Shown here one piece after another: positions 9,616 through 18,932 of a stretch of 64,000 nt of DNA. The stretch lies in the IMG/VR virus record IMGVR_UViG_3300033571_009591, positions 1 to 64,000 of that record, one strand, 5' to 3'. A program made the position numbers and the translations under genes. The first letter of the stretch is position 1, and each line of letters starts with the position of its first letter. The DNA is from a virus. Under the pieces are notes generated by a model, which was given only the letters and a program-made list of their open reading frames with translations, did not search any database and was not told the origin of the DNA.

Positions 9616-10587
9616 CTAATACTCGATTGGTATCAGTGATTTGATAACTGTTGACCTAGGAATCGATGCAATGTGAGATGAGATGTCTTTTTTCCCCCAA
9701 GAGATTAAAAAGCTATCTTTATGCTCTACAAGACCAGCAGCAAACTCCACACCGCTATGAAAGAAGTTAAAACCTTTAGATATAGCAATAATTTTTCCAT
9801 GGTTGTCATACTGAACAAAGTAGTGTACATATCTTCTTATATAAGAATTAACTGTTCCAAAAGTCTGAGGTACCCAGACTGCTTCTGCTTTTCCAAACAT
9901 TCTATGAACAATACCTAAATATGTGCCATCGTATAGTTTTACAAGATTGCTATTGCCTCTAAGAGCAGAGATATTTTCATTGTCCGTCATGTAAGTAGTT
10001 AAAACATTATTTTTTATAGTTGCATTTGGTCCGTAGATAAAATCAAAATTAGGATTAGTTTCATAAGGCACTGCCCAGTTTTTTTCTGGACGCTTAGGGT
10101 CTATGCCTGCGTATTTAACAAAGTCAACGGCTTTCATCTTTTTTGTATCTAATCGACAAGTAGCCATTCGAGCAACAGGTGTGTGACCCTTCTCCATGGT
10201 TACACAAGTAAAGTGCCATGAACCGTCACGCCAAAATAGTTTAGGGTCTTCAAGACCTCTTTCAATATCTACACCTAAACCAGATACATCTACTTGTTTA
10301 AGTTCTTTTATGTTGAACTCTTTATCAAGTTCAGCAAACCAAATGTTTGCGCGAATAGTTCCATTAGTTGTTACTCGATACTCTCCAGTAGGCATAATTA
10401 CATAATTACTAGAACGGATCATTACAGCATATTTGCCTTTAGAAGACACACCTATGGAAGGATTTGTGGCAGACCAAAGTTGGTCATCTGGATTAACTAA
10501 TCTACGAATCTGATGAGTCTTTCCACCAAGTTCGGTAATGAGAGGAACATCTATCTCTCTTGGTTGATAGTCGTATTTTTTAGACAT
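9616..10587 (-). CDS. GH130/GH43-like beta-propeller glycosidase-fold protein
   Basis: NPSI, GLEDPKLF, EKNWAV, VEFAAGL. Confidence 0.7.
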   Translation of the reverse strand: MSKKYDYQPREIDVPLITELGGKTHQIRRLVNPDDQLWSATNPSIGVSSKGKYAVMIRSSNYVIMPTGEYRVTTNGTIRANIWFAELDKEFNIKELKQVDVSGLGVDIERGLEDPKLFWRDGSWHFTCVTMEKGHTPVARMATCRLDTKKMKAVDFVKYAGIDPKRPEKNWAVPYETNPNFDFIYGPNATIKNNVLTTYMTDNENISALRGNSNLVKLYDGTYLGIVHRMFGKAEAVWVPQTFGTVNSYIRRYVHYFVQYDNHGKIIAISKGFNFFHSGVEFAAGLVEHKDSFLISWGKKDISSHIASIPRSTVIKSLIPIEY

Positions 10588-11368
10588 AAATTTCCTTAGG
10601 GTATCTATCTACTATTGGTCCTTCTTTTTTAGCAATAGTAAAAATATTGTCTCCAACATTTTTAATGTTAAATCCTGCACTGTTAAGTCTTTCTACTACT
10701 GCGGGAACGGGGTCTTCAAAAGTATCTTCTGTCCAAATTGTTCCATTAAACCCTGCTGACTTAAGAACTCGAGAAAGAGTATGAATGCTGTACTCATAGT
10801 TGTGACGGTGATAGTCGCCATTTTTGTTGTACTGCATGTAGAAGTAGGGCTCTATCCCATTAACCATTTTTGTAATGCTATGAGTACTTACAGCGTTGGG
10901 GGTAGAGAGGATGAGGACTCCTCCAGGTTTTAGAACACGGTTAATCTCTGAGAGCATGAACATAGGGTCAATTTCCATGTGCTCGATGACTTCACTACAA
11001 ACAACATAATCAAAACTCTCGTCATCAGCTGGAAGTGGAGTCTTCTCTAAGTCAACGGAGTAGCAAGGGAACTTCTGTGTGTGAAGTCCTAAAGTTATCT
11101 CTAGTTCGCTTATCTCTGGGTTAGTTAGATTAAAATCAGTAACGGTTACTTTAATGTTGGGGGCAAGGACTGTTAGGCACATTGGGAGAAAATTGCTGGT
11201 CCCAATTTCAAGAAGACTTCCGTATGGCGATTGATCAAGGATAAGTTGGATAGTCCTTGCAAACCTACGCTTGTGATTGACACTGTGATAGTGATCATTC
11301 TTATCTATATACAACTCCATACAATCTTGAATGTGAGTTGGAACGCCTTTGTATGTGTCTTTGAACAT
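10580..11368 (-). CDS. Class I SAM-dependent methyltransferase
   Basis: LLEIGTS, FDYVVCSEVIEH, RVLKPGGVLILSTPN. Confidence 0.88.
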   Translation of the reverse strand: MFKDTYKGVPTHIQDCMELYIDKNDHYHSVNHKRRFARTIQLILDQSPYGSLLEIGTSNFLPMCLTVLAPNIKVTVTDFNLTNPEISELEITLGLHTQKFPCYSVDLEKTPLPADDESFDYVVCSEVIEHMEIDPMFMLSEINRVLKPGGVLILSTPNAVSTHSITKMVNGIEPYFYMQYNKNGDYHRHNYEYSIHTLSRVLKSAGFNGTIWTEDTFEDPVPAVVERLNSAGFNIKNVGDNIFTIAKKEGPIVDRYPKEIYV

Positions 11369-11411
11369 TACTACAGTATAGGGGGAGTTAAGTATAAATT
11401 GCTTTTAGACG

Positions 11412-11484
11412 CACCCCCGACTGGGATCGAACCAGTGACGCTAGGCTTAGAAGTCCTACGCTCTATCCACTGAGCTACGAAGGT
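11412..11484 (-). tRNA. tRNA-Arg (anticodon UCU), CCA not encoded
   Basis: ACCTTCG-TAGCTCAGTGGATAGAGC-G-TAGGA-CTTCTAA-GCCTA-GCGTC-ACTGG-TTCGATC-CCAGT-CGGGGGT-G. Confidence 0.9.
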
Positions 11485-11774
11485 TTGTTATCTGTAAATC
11501 TTTTATAAGTTCTTATTCTATGACAATTTGCGCAAACAATTTCGCACTTGGCTATTTCTTTTTTAATCGCTTCCCATGAAAAACCATCATGAACCATCCT
11601 TGACACATTGTACTTTTTTTCTTTAATGTGGTCAAAATCTAAAACAATATGATTATTTGTTCCGCAATCTACACACCCATTTAGTTCTTTAATTGCTTTT
11701 ATGCGATTCTTAATTTCTTTTCTAGTCAGCCCTACTTCTTTTTTTACAGGAGTTGGGCGCCTCATGCAAAGCAT
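11475..11774 (-). CDS. HNH endonuclease (start uncertain)
   Basis: CVDCG...LDFDH...CANCHRIRT. Confidence 0.8.
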   Translation of the reverse strand: MLCMRRPTPVKKEVGLTRKEIKNRIKAIKELNGCVDCGTNNHIVLDFDHIKEKKYNVSRMVHDGFSWEAIKKEIAKCEIVCANCHRIRTYKRFTDNKPS

Positions 11775-11845
11775 CCAGGCACGATGGCCACGGTCAATAA
11801 AGATAGGTAACTAATCCATCCTAAGGAAGGCTTCGCATGAGGCAC
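11757..11845 (-). ncRNA. Candidate small structured RNA
   Basis: 16-bp closing stem GTGCCTCATGCGAAGC/GCTTTGCATGAGGCGC with G-U pairs on the minus strand; TAGAAT -10 at 11856-11851. Confidence 0.5.
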
Positions 11846-11867
11846 ACCTAATTCTACTGTATAAATT

Positions 11868-11945
11868 TGGTGAGCAGTTTGGACCATGCTCAGGGTTTTG
11901 AACTACGCCGCACGTGTAGAGTTTTAGCTCTTTGACGTATCTCAA
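11868..11945 (-). ncRNA. Candidate small RNA ending in an H-type pseudoknot and ACCA
   Basis: ACCCTGAGCATGGTCCAAACTGCTCACCA; TAGAAT -10 at 11956-11951. Confidence 0.4.
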
Positions 11946-11953
11946 ATCTAATT

Positions 11954-12133
11954 CTATCCTCCAGTTTTATAAAAACCTTTACCTTTAAAAACAACTGGGG
12001 CAGCGTCAAAAACTCTTTTTAACTCTGAAGCGCAGGATTTAATTTCACATTCGAAAATTGTTTGTTCTTCAGTCATAAGTCTTACTTGAATATTTGGGTG
12101 CCCATTGGTGCAGATATATTCGTAAGTTGCCAT
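11954..12133 (-). CDS. FmdB-family zinc-ribbon regulator
   Basis: MATYEYIC...C..C...VVFKGKGFYKTG. Confidence 0.85.
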   Translation of the reverse strand: MATYEYICTNGHPNIQVRLMTEEQTIFECEIKSCASELKRVFDAAPVVFKGKGFYKTGG

Positions 12134-12220
12134 TACTTCTTTCCATACCTCATATGAACATACATAACAATCATTCCTGAAACAAAAAACCATAAAGGTA
12201 AAAAGAGGTTGTCCATAAAA

Positions 12221-12541
12221 CTATCCTAACACTTCCTCTAACTCTACAAGGAGCGCGGGTTTAGGTTTTGCGCCAGTAATTCTTTTAACTTCTTTACCTT
12301 TAACAAAAATAATCGTTGTAGGAATGGAACGGATGCCAAACTCTGCTACAAGACTTGTATTATTGTCAGCATTGACTTTTACAATTTTTAGTGAAGTATT
12401 TAACTCTTCAGAAAGTTCTTCGAGAATCGGGGCAATCATTCTGCAGGGTCCACACCACTCAGCCCAAAAATCAACTAGAACAGGAATGTCAGATAGAAGA
12501 ACATCTTCTGCAAAATTTTTTGCGCTACTTTCTAAAATCAT
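12221..12541 (-). CDS. trxA: Thioredoxin
   Basis: VDFWAEWCGPC, IRSIPT. Confidence 0.95.
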   Translation of the reverse strand: MILESSAKNFAEDVLLSDIPVLVDFWAEWCGPCRMIAPILEELSEELNTSLKIVKVNADNNTSLVAEFGIRSIPTTIIFVKGKEVKRITGAKPKPALLVELEEVLG

Positions 12542-12855
12542 TTATCTTCTTCTTCCTTCGCTGTTCCTGCTGCAGATGTTCCATTAAGCATGAAGCCTGA
12601 AATTACACCTACAAGAAATGAAATTGTTGTTGAAAGCAGACCAAAAAACGCCTTATCGTTTTCAGACTGAACTTCACCGAGTGGTTGAGTAACAAAAGTT
12701 ACAGCGTAGATAATTGCCATTGTTGCGCCAAATACGGTCATAGCAAGCATAAGACCTACATAAAAGCGAAGACGAGCGTTTAGTTCGTCTGTAGTAAATC
12801 GTGCTCGTCTATTTATTTGTAGACGGGGCATTTTCATACTCTGCTTCTTCATCAT
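12538..12855 (-). CDS. Two-TM membrane protein
   Basis: Two hydrophobic helices. Confidence 0.7.
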   Translation of the reverse strand: MMKKQSMKMPRLQINRRARFTTDELNARLRFYVGLMLAMTVFGATMAIIYAVTFVTQPLGEVQSENDKAFFGLLSTTISFLVGVISGFMLNGTSAAGTAKEEEDK

Positions 12856-13045
12856 AAAGTGGTGTTCCTCTCATCACATCTTTAGTGCAAATACCAAAAG
12901 CTTCACAGTTTGGAGGTTGGCAATCTGGGCTTTCCCAATTTGCTGGGTCTTGACATGGGTAACGATAGACCTCTTTAAAGTCATACTTGCCACATCCTGT
13001 AAGCATGAGGGAGCACAAAACGATGATAAATACTTTTTTGAACAT
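12809..13045 (-). CDS. Small Cys-rich lipoprotein
   Basis: Lipobox LMLTGC; YRYPCQDPANW. Confidence 0.7.
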   Translation of the reverse strand: MFKKVFIIVLCSLMLTGCGKYDFKEVYRYPCQDPANWESPDCQPPNCEAFGICTKDVMRGTPLYDEEAEYENAPSTNK

Positions 13046-13117
13046 AGACGTCCTTCCACACACTATTTTAGAGTATGGAGGGGGGTATGAGATTTAAGCG
13101 TGTTTTACTTCTAGTTA

Positions 13118-13420
13118 TTAAATTCTTACTACGCTATAGGCAATGCCTAAACTGTTTGCAAGTTCTGCTCTATTTTCTTCAGTCATACCGCCCCAGACTC
13201 CGTAAATCTCTGGAACATTAAGAGCATGGTCTAAGCATTGCTTTTTTACAGGACAAGTATTGCAGATAGCAATTGCTTTCTTTTCTCTATTCTTCTTGCT
13301 AGCACCTCGTTGACCTGGGTCGAGGAAGAAACTTTCTGGGTCTGCCCCGTTACATGCTCCTTCGAACTGCCAAGACCATTGATCTGCTATAGGTTTTAAA
13401 GCGGTACTTACTGTTGTCAC
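13118..13420 (-). CDS. whiB: WhiB-family Fe-S transcription factor
   Basis: Four conserved Cys (GAC...ICNTCPVKKQC) and GVWGG turn. Confidence 0.95.
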   Translation of the reverse strand: MTTVSTALKPIADQWSWQFEGACNGADPESFFLDPGQRGASKKNREKKAIAICNTCPVKKQCLDHALNVPEIYGVWGGMTEENRAELANSLGIAYSVVRI

Positions 13421-13461
13421 TGTGTCCTCTCCTAAGGGTTACTGGTTATTAATAATTTACT

Positions 13462-13908
13462 TTAATCTATAGAACAAGTACATGTGGCGCAGTGATTTCT
13501 ATCCCAAGCACGTTGAGTATTTTTTGAATGACTGACTGGCTCTAAATGTTCTGGATTTACACATAACTTAACGCTACAGAGATGGTCTATAACTAGTCCT
13601 TTAGTTATCTCCCCCTTTATCAAGGTATAGATAACTCTATGTGCAACCGTTGCTTTTCCTTCCCATCTAATGCTTCCATAACCGCTTTTATGAACGGACC
13701 CTGACCAAATCCAACAACCTTTTTCGTCAACTGTGTAACGAGTAAGAGGGTCCATAGGAATAGGTCCAGGGGGCCTACCGTTAGTTAGGCAGTCCCTGCA
13801 CTTAGACCTACGACCATCTTTCTTTACACGACTATCAGAATAGAATTGCTCTAAAGGTTTGTCTTCTTTGCAAGCCCTACATAGACGAGTTGTTGTTTTA
13901 GTTTTCAT
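13462..13908 (-). CDS. HNH homing endonuclease
   Basis: CWIW, AHRVIY, IDHLCSVKLCVNPEHL; TATAAT 6 nt before ATG 13908. Confidence 0.88.
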   Translation of the reverse strand: MKTKTTTRLCRACKEDKPLEQFYSDSRVKKDGRRSKCRDCLTNGRPPGPIPMDPLTRYTVDEKGCWIWSGSVHKSGYGSIRWEGKATVAHRVIYTLIKGEITKGLVIDHLCSVKLCVNPEHLEPVSHSKNTQRAWDRNHCATCTCSID

Positions 13909-13937
13909 AAAACAATTATATCGCATTTATTAGTAGT

Positions 13938-15989
13938 TTACTTGTCCTTAAGGTTCTCTGCGATAGACTTTACTTCACATGCGTCCGTAACGCAATAGCT
14001 TTCACCAATTGCATCAGAAGCCAAACCTGCATAGACACCAGAGAAGTCAATCGGGAACAACTTCATTACTCCCTCTTGCTCATACTCTTCTTCAGTAATC
14101 TGCGTGTAAGGCATTTGAGGATATGTAAAGTTTCCTGAAGGTAGGAATGAAACTGTCTTCAACTGTCCGTCATACATATGTAGAACGGTTCCTACATGCT
14201 CGCCTTCTTTCTCGGGGTCAAATGAAACTGTTACTGATACAGAGTTGTCTGACCAATAACGCTGAGCCATCGCAGCAAGTGACATCTTTTCAAAAATAGT
14301 GACATCTTTTTCTGCTCGCTCTGAGTCAGATTTGATTGGGAAGAAAACAACAGAAGTTGTTTCAGGAGATTCAGAAGCTGGTTCAACTCTGTAGTTAGCC
14401 AATTTAAATAATGGAAGCATAGGATCGTTATTTCCAAAACGAATTGCTCGATTGAAATACTTTCCGCCTGGAGTCCAATGAACTCCTGGAGATTCACCTG
14501 CAAGAATTGAAACGGTTCCTGATGGCTTAACGGTTGTAGTTTTAATTGATTCGCGAATACCAAGCCACTCTGAGTAAATGGTGTCGTACTTCTTAATTAC
14601 TGCGTAACCTTCATCCATCCAAACCTTAAGTGTTGGAATACCATTGATATCTGCAAAGTTAGCAACACCTGACATTGAAGTTCCGATGCGTCGGTTACGC
14701 TGCATAATTGCGTTTGTCTCTTCCCAGTGGGTTGGAAGAAGTGTGACAGTCTTTGCGTAGAGATAAGCAAACTTAAGAGTGCGCTTGTAATCATCTAATG
14801 ATTCGTGACGGTTGAGATAAGTTTCAACAAGCGTACACATTTCGTAAGACTCTAGTGACTGCTCAGCGCAAGGGTTATAACCTGCGATGCGCCAATCTTT
14901 ATTATTGATTGGATCTGCAAGTCTTCCGTATTGACGAGAAGTATCCATCCAGATAACTCCTGGCTCACCATTGCGAACAATGCCATCAATAATTCCATCA
15001 AAGTTAGTACCAACAGATACTGCTACAGAGTTATTAGACATCCATGCCCATCCTGGATTCTCTGCATCATATGAATTGCGCTCTGGGAAACGTTCTGCGT
15101 TCTTTAAGTTTAGAAACTCATCATCATTAATATCACCAATAAGAATTTCTGCGCTTCGACGAACATTGCCTGAAACAACGCAACGGCCAATAAGGTTTCC
15201 AATATCTGCAATATCTGTGCGAGTTAGCTTCTGCCCTGCGCGACCTGTAAACATCTTACGAATAACTTCGTGAAGAGTTACAAGTGGGTCTGGACCAGAT
15301 GCTGTTCCGCCAAATGTCGCGATGGGCTCTCCGTATGGACGAATATCTGTGTAATCAAATGTTAAAGACTTTTGTCCTTCTTTAAGAAAAGAGTTAATAA
15401 GTGCAACTGTTGCTTCTTGCCATCCTTCACGAGTATCAGGAATTAAATAAAACTCTTCACCTTGTGGTTCATAAATTGTAAAATCTTTATCTGCGCCAAC
15501 TTGGTCAAAGCCAACACCAACACCAAGCATTGATGCTTCCATAAGAAATGCGAATGGCTTTCCTGGATTGTTTTTAGTCATCTCTGAAGTAGAAACAAAT
15601 GCGCAGTTCTGTAAAGCAGCAGAATTCTTTTGAACATTAACAATCTCTGTACCCATAACCCAGAGTCCGCGTCCTGGCGGTGTCCACTTCAATTGAAAGA
15701 GACGGTCAAAGAATTCTTTTGCAGATGCTTGAGCCTTAACATCAGACCAAGGAAGACGCTGACTTTTTGCGTACTCTTTCTGAAGTGAGTATGTGCCATT
15801 GGTTACGCGCTCGCAAACCTCTGCCCATGTCTCTTTAGTTCCGTCTGGCTTCTTGCGTGAGTATGTGCGAAGGAATGTAATTTCGCCAACAGAGTTACCT
15901 GCTGCATCACGATAACCAAATGGTGCTTTTTTATTTCTGTAACCTTCTACAAAATCTTCGGTCAACTTAAATGAAAAATGGACGGTCAC
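13938..15989 (-). CDS. nrdJ: Class II (B12-dependent) ribonucleoside-triphosphate reductase
   Basis: PPGRGLW, LQNCAF, GNVRRSAEI, NPCAEQ, TTVKPSGT, C-terminal YCVTDAC. Confidence 0.95.
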   Translation of the reverse strand: MTVHFSFKLTEDFVEGYRNKKAPFGYRDAAGNSVGEITFLRTYSRKKPDGTKETWAEVCERVTNGTYSLQKEYAKSQRLPWSDVKAQASAKEFFDRLFQLKWTPPGRGLWVMGTEIVNVQKNSAALQNCAFVSTSEMTKNNPGKPFAFLMEASMLGVGVGFDQVGADKDFTIYEPQGEEFYLIPDTREGWQEATVALINSFLKEGQKSLTFDYTDIRPYGEPIATFGGTASGPDPLVTLHEVIRKMFTGRAGQKLTRTDIADIGNLIGRCVVSGNVRRSAEILIGDINDDEFLNLKNAERFPERNSYDAENPGWAWMSNNSVAVSVGTNFDGIIDGIVRNGEPGVIWMDTSRQYGRLADPINNKDWRIAGYNPCAEQSLESYEMCTLVETYLNRHESLDDYKRTLKFAYLYAKTVTLLPTHWEETNAIMQRNRRIGTSMSGVANFADINGIPTLKVWMDEGYAVIKKYDTIYSEWLGIRESIKTTTVKPSGTVSILAGESPGVHWTPGGKYFNRAIRFGNNDPMLPLFKLANYRVEPASESPETTSVVFFPIKSDSERAEKDVTIFEKMSLAAMAQRYWSDNSVSVTVSFDPEKEGEHVGTVLHMYDGQLKTVSFLPSGNFTYPQMPYTQITEEEYEQEGVMKLFPIDFSGVYAGLASDAIGESYCVTDACEVKSIAENLKDK

Positions 15990-16074
15990 AGAGTTCTCCC
16001 TCAATGCTAAAAATGATTTACGAATATTTTTTTCGTCTATGGTGTTCGACCCTAGACAGAAATTTTACTACTAT

Positions 16075-16305
16075 TTAGAACAGTGGAGGCTGAGTATCGT
16101 GGTTATTTTCATACGGGTCAAATCCTAAAACAATAGAATTTGCTAACTCTAAACCACTAACAAAATGAGTATTAACACCCCTGCTGCTTGCAGTCTCTAT
16201 GTTTTTTGTAATCAGTGTTGAAAGTTTATGTCTCATCTCATATTCAATTTCTTCTTTATGAGTTGAGAAATTGCTCCAATTTGTCATTGCATCACTCATG
16301 TTCAA
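16075..16305 (-). CDS. Hypothetical protein
   Basis: ORF within the operon. Confidence 0.6.
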   Translation of the reverse strand: MNMSDAMTNWSNFSTHKEEIEYEMRHKLSTLITKNIETASSRGVNTHFVSGLELANSIVLGFDPYENNHDTQPPLF

Positions 16306-16621
16306 CCAACTTTCTTGCTAGTTTAATTGTAAAGTCATTGTAACTCTCTACTGGTACTCCAATTGCTTTAGCAACCTCAACCTCTAGTCGAGCCCCAGAT
16401 GACTCTTCCCAACCATCTAGGGTCACGACCAAAGTTGCTTTAAGTACAGCAGTGATATCTTCACGCATATAAGTTTCTTTTAAAAGTGTTTGGTCTCCAT
16501 CAAAACACTCTGACGGATCAAAAACTTCTAAACCTTGTGTACGAAGAACATCTGCAGCTTTTCTAAAAGCAGGATAATTAAAATCAGGATAGCCAGTCAT
16601 TGGCCCTGACAAATAAATCAT
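16292..16621 (-). CDS. DUF4406 / nucleoside deoxyribosyltransferase-like protein
   Basis: IYLSGPMTG...FN.PAF, GWEESSGARLE. Confidence 0.85.
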   Translation of the reverse strand: MIYLSGPMTGYPDFNYPAFRKAADVLRTQGLEVFDPSECFDGDQTLLKETYMREDITAVLKATLVVTLDGWEESSGARLEVEVAKAIGVPVESYNDFTIKLARKLVEHE

Positions 16622-16628
16622 CTACTAA

Positions 16629-17486
16629 CTATTTAGCCTTAGTAATTGCAGCCCAAGTCTTTGGGCCAATAACTCCATCAGCAGCGCCTAGCTTTGGGTG
16701 AGCCTTCTGGAAAGCAATAACTGCTTTTAGAGTGGCATCTCCATAAACACCATCTGCTTCTAGTTTAAGAGCAGTTTGTAGTTTCTTAACATCAGCACCC
16801 TTAGAACCTTTCTTCAACGGTGTGAAAGCCTTAGGGGCTGTGGTTGTGGTAGTTGGTGCTACGGCTGTTGAAACTTTTGTAGTTGTCGTTGTTGCTGGCT
16901 TCTTAGGTGCTGCAACTTTTTTAGCAGGTGCATCAGATGAACCAACCTTTGAGAGTAGTGGAAGGTCTTCTTCTCCAACATAAACTGGGCGACCCCAGCC
17001 AACTACTGCGTTAACAAGTTTTAACTTATTGTCTTTTACATATGCGCGAGTTTTCTCTACGCACATTCCGCCATTGCGCTGGTCTCCCTTTGCAGTGCCA
17101 GATGTGTTTCCTTCAATAACTTGGATGGTTCCGTTTCCGTTGTTCTTGATACAGATACCAACATGAGAAATTCTATTGACGCCATCATCTGGGAAATCAA
17201 AATAAATCCAGTCTCCAGCAGTTGGGTCATCATTACGGGCATCTGCCCATCTTTTATTTTTTTTAAACCAATCAGATGCTGCAATTGTTGATGCAGACTT
17301 TGGATACTTCTTTGGGTCTAGACCTGCTGTAAATGCTGACCAAGAAACAAATGACTGACACCATGGGAGAAAGTTTGCACCAGTCCACTTGCCATATTTT
17401 GTTTCATTATCTTTTGGACCTTCAATGGTTCCAACTTCTGCTTTAGCAACCTCGATGATTCGGGCTACTGTTCCTTTGTCTGTCAT
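16629..17486 (-). CDS. Endolysin: CHAP amidase, Thr/Ala/Lys linker, PG-binding domain
   Basis: PWCQSFVSW, SHVGI, IEGNT; LQTALKLEADGVYG, DGVIGPKTW. Confidence 0.9.
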   Translation of the reverse strand: MTDKGTVARIIEVAKAEVGTIEGPKDNETKYGKWTGANFLPWCQSFVSWSAFTAGLDPKKYPKSASTIAASDWFKKNKRWADARNDDPTAGDWIYFDFPDDGVNRISHVGICIKNNGNGTIQVIEGNTSGTAKGDQRNGGMCVEKTRAYVKDNKLKLVNAVVGWGRPVYVGEEDLPLLSKVGSSDAPAKKVAAPKKPATTTTTKVSTAVAPTTTTTAPKAFTPLKKGSKGADVKKLQTALKLEADGVYGDATLKAVIAFQKAHPKLGAADGVIGPKTWAAITKAK

Positions 17487-17497
17487 CTTTTTCCTCT

Positions 17498-17779
17498 CTA
17501 TAGTTCAGTAATCATATTGTATGAGTTGTGGGGGATCTCTACTAATAAATCTTCGTGTTCACATGTTGGGACACATTCACTGCAACCAATTCTGGAGAAG
17601 GCTGCGTCTGGGTAGTCAAGGTTGAGGTAGAGGGCGCCTTCTAATTCTGTGGAGTCTGGGAGTTTGAGAAAGTCAACTTTTTCAAGCCAATCCCTTACAT
17701 CTCCAATAGTGATGCCTTCACCATCTGGCGCCTTACAGAAAAGAAAGATGGTGTTGATAGAGGTGATGTTAGAGGACAT
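17498..17779 (-). CDS. Hypothetical protein
   Basis: GGAGG RBS before ATG 17779. Confidence 0.55.
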   Translation of the reverse strand: MSSNITSINTIFLFCKAPDGEGITIGDVRDWLEKVDFLKLPDSTELEGALYLNLDYPDAAFSRIGCSECVPTCEHEDLLVEIPHNSYNMITEL

Positions 17780-17972
17780 CTGCTTCCTCCCCTGTTGTGA
17801 CATAGCCTGATGGAAAACTGGCTGCGTAGAACGCTAGGCAGTCTGTGGCGTGGAAGAATTTAACGGTCTTGTTCCAAGACAAGATGAGGACATTTCTGGA
17901 CTCTTCAACCCTAGCCCTAAGGTGTGTCGGACAACCCTCGTAATCGCAAGTAAGAGTTGTGTTAAATGTCAT
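17769..17972 (-). CDS. Hypothetical protein (CxxxxC)
   Basis: TATAAT 7 nt before ATG. Confidence 0.55.
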   Translation of the reverse strand: MTFNTTLTCDYEGCPTHLRARVEESRNVLILSWNKTVKFFHATDCLAFYAASFPSGYVTTGEEADVL

Positions 17973-18258
17973 GGCTGTAATTATAGGTTTAAGACGGCTA
18001 AGTTAGACGACAACACGCCGAGCGTGAGAGGGATTGGAGGAGGGGGAGGGAGATTTGTCGACAATTTTATAGGAAAAAGAGGGCTAAATGGGGTATGGAT
18101 TTACTTGAATAGTTGTGTTAAAGTAGTGTAGTGTTAGGGGCTTTTTTAGGAATCTAGTTGCTGTATACAGCATCAGTCTAGGAAGTCAAATGTAGAAGGT
18201 TACGGAGAGGTTTTGTTGATTGTTGATGGACTTTTTGGTGACCGTACAACTATTTTTG

Positions 18259-18400
18259 AATTACTTAATTACTTAATTACTTACTATTTAGTTAGACAGT
18301 TTGGATGAAATCCTATTACGCGTAAGGGAAAAATAGTGGTGAATTCAGTAATTAAGTAATAGTGATAGAATAGTGAATACTGAATAGTGATAGAGTAGTT
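18259..18400. repeat. Origin-like repeat tract at the strand switch
   Basis: (AATTACTT)x3, central palindrome TTACGCGTAA, inverted AGTAATTAAGTAA, AATAGTG x4. Confidence 0.6.
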
Positions 18401-18442
18401 CTTATAAGGATTTAAAAATAGATAGGGAAGGGTGTAAAGTTT

Positions 18443-18721
18443 ATGAATACAGAGATTGAAAGGGAAGAAGAGATGACGGATAGACCAGAGTTAGAAGTTG
18501 TTAGAGCGGAAATTTCTTTACCAGAGATTCCAAGTGACTTAGTTATTTCTTTGATTCAAGAAGCTGCAACGGCACTAATGCAACGATGGTTTCCTAATCG
18601 ACTTCCTACTGGAGAAGATTTTGAAAGATGGACAGAGATTGCTTTGGCAGATGCTAGCGCTGTGATTGCTCACTTTATGGAGAGAGGAATTATTGTAGAG
18701 GCAGAATTCCATGACCGTTGA
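18443..18721 (+). CDS. Hypothetical protein
   Basis: First ORF of a + operon. Confidence 0.6.
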   Translation: MNTEIEREEEMTDRPELEVVRAEISLPEIPSDLVISLIQEAATALMQRWFPNRLPTGEDFERWTEIALADASAVIAHFMERGIIVEAEFHDR

Positions 18722-18932
18722 GATATGGATGGTTCCTGTTATTGCGGTTTTAATTTATCTAATTGCCTTTAGTGGTTCCTTCTCTGCCTTTAGTTTCCTG
18801 AGATGGAGAGAGCGCAGATTCAAACAACGGATGTTAGAAGAGTTCATGATGACACTTCAAGACAAGATTCAGACTGAAGAAGATTTTAATTCTATTATAA
18901 ACAAGTTAAGAAAGGACTACGGAGATGAGTGA
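18711..18932 (+). CDS. Small membrane protein
   Basis: N-terminal TM segment; overlaps neighbours. Confidence 0.6.
   Translation: MTVEIWMVPVIAVLIYLIAFSGSFSAFSFLRWRERRFKQRMLEEFMMTLQDKIQTEEDFNSIINKLRKDYGDE

Noticed and set aside
13462-15989. Group I intron or intein in nrdJ
   Set aside because: nrdJ is continuous and of normal length; the HNH is free-standing downstream
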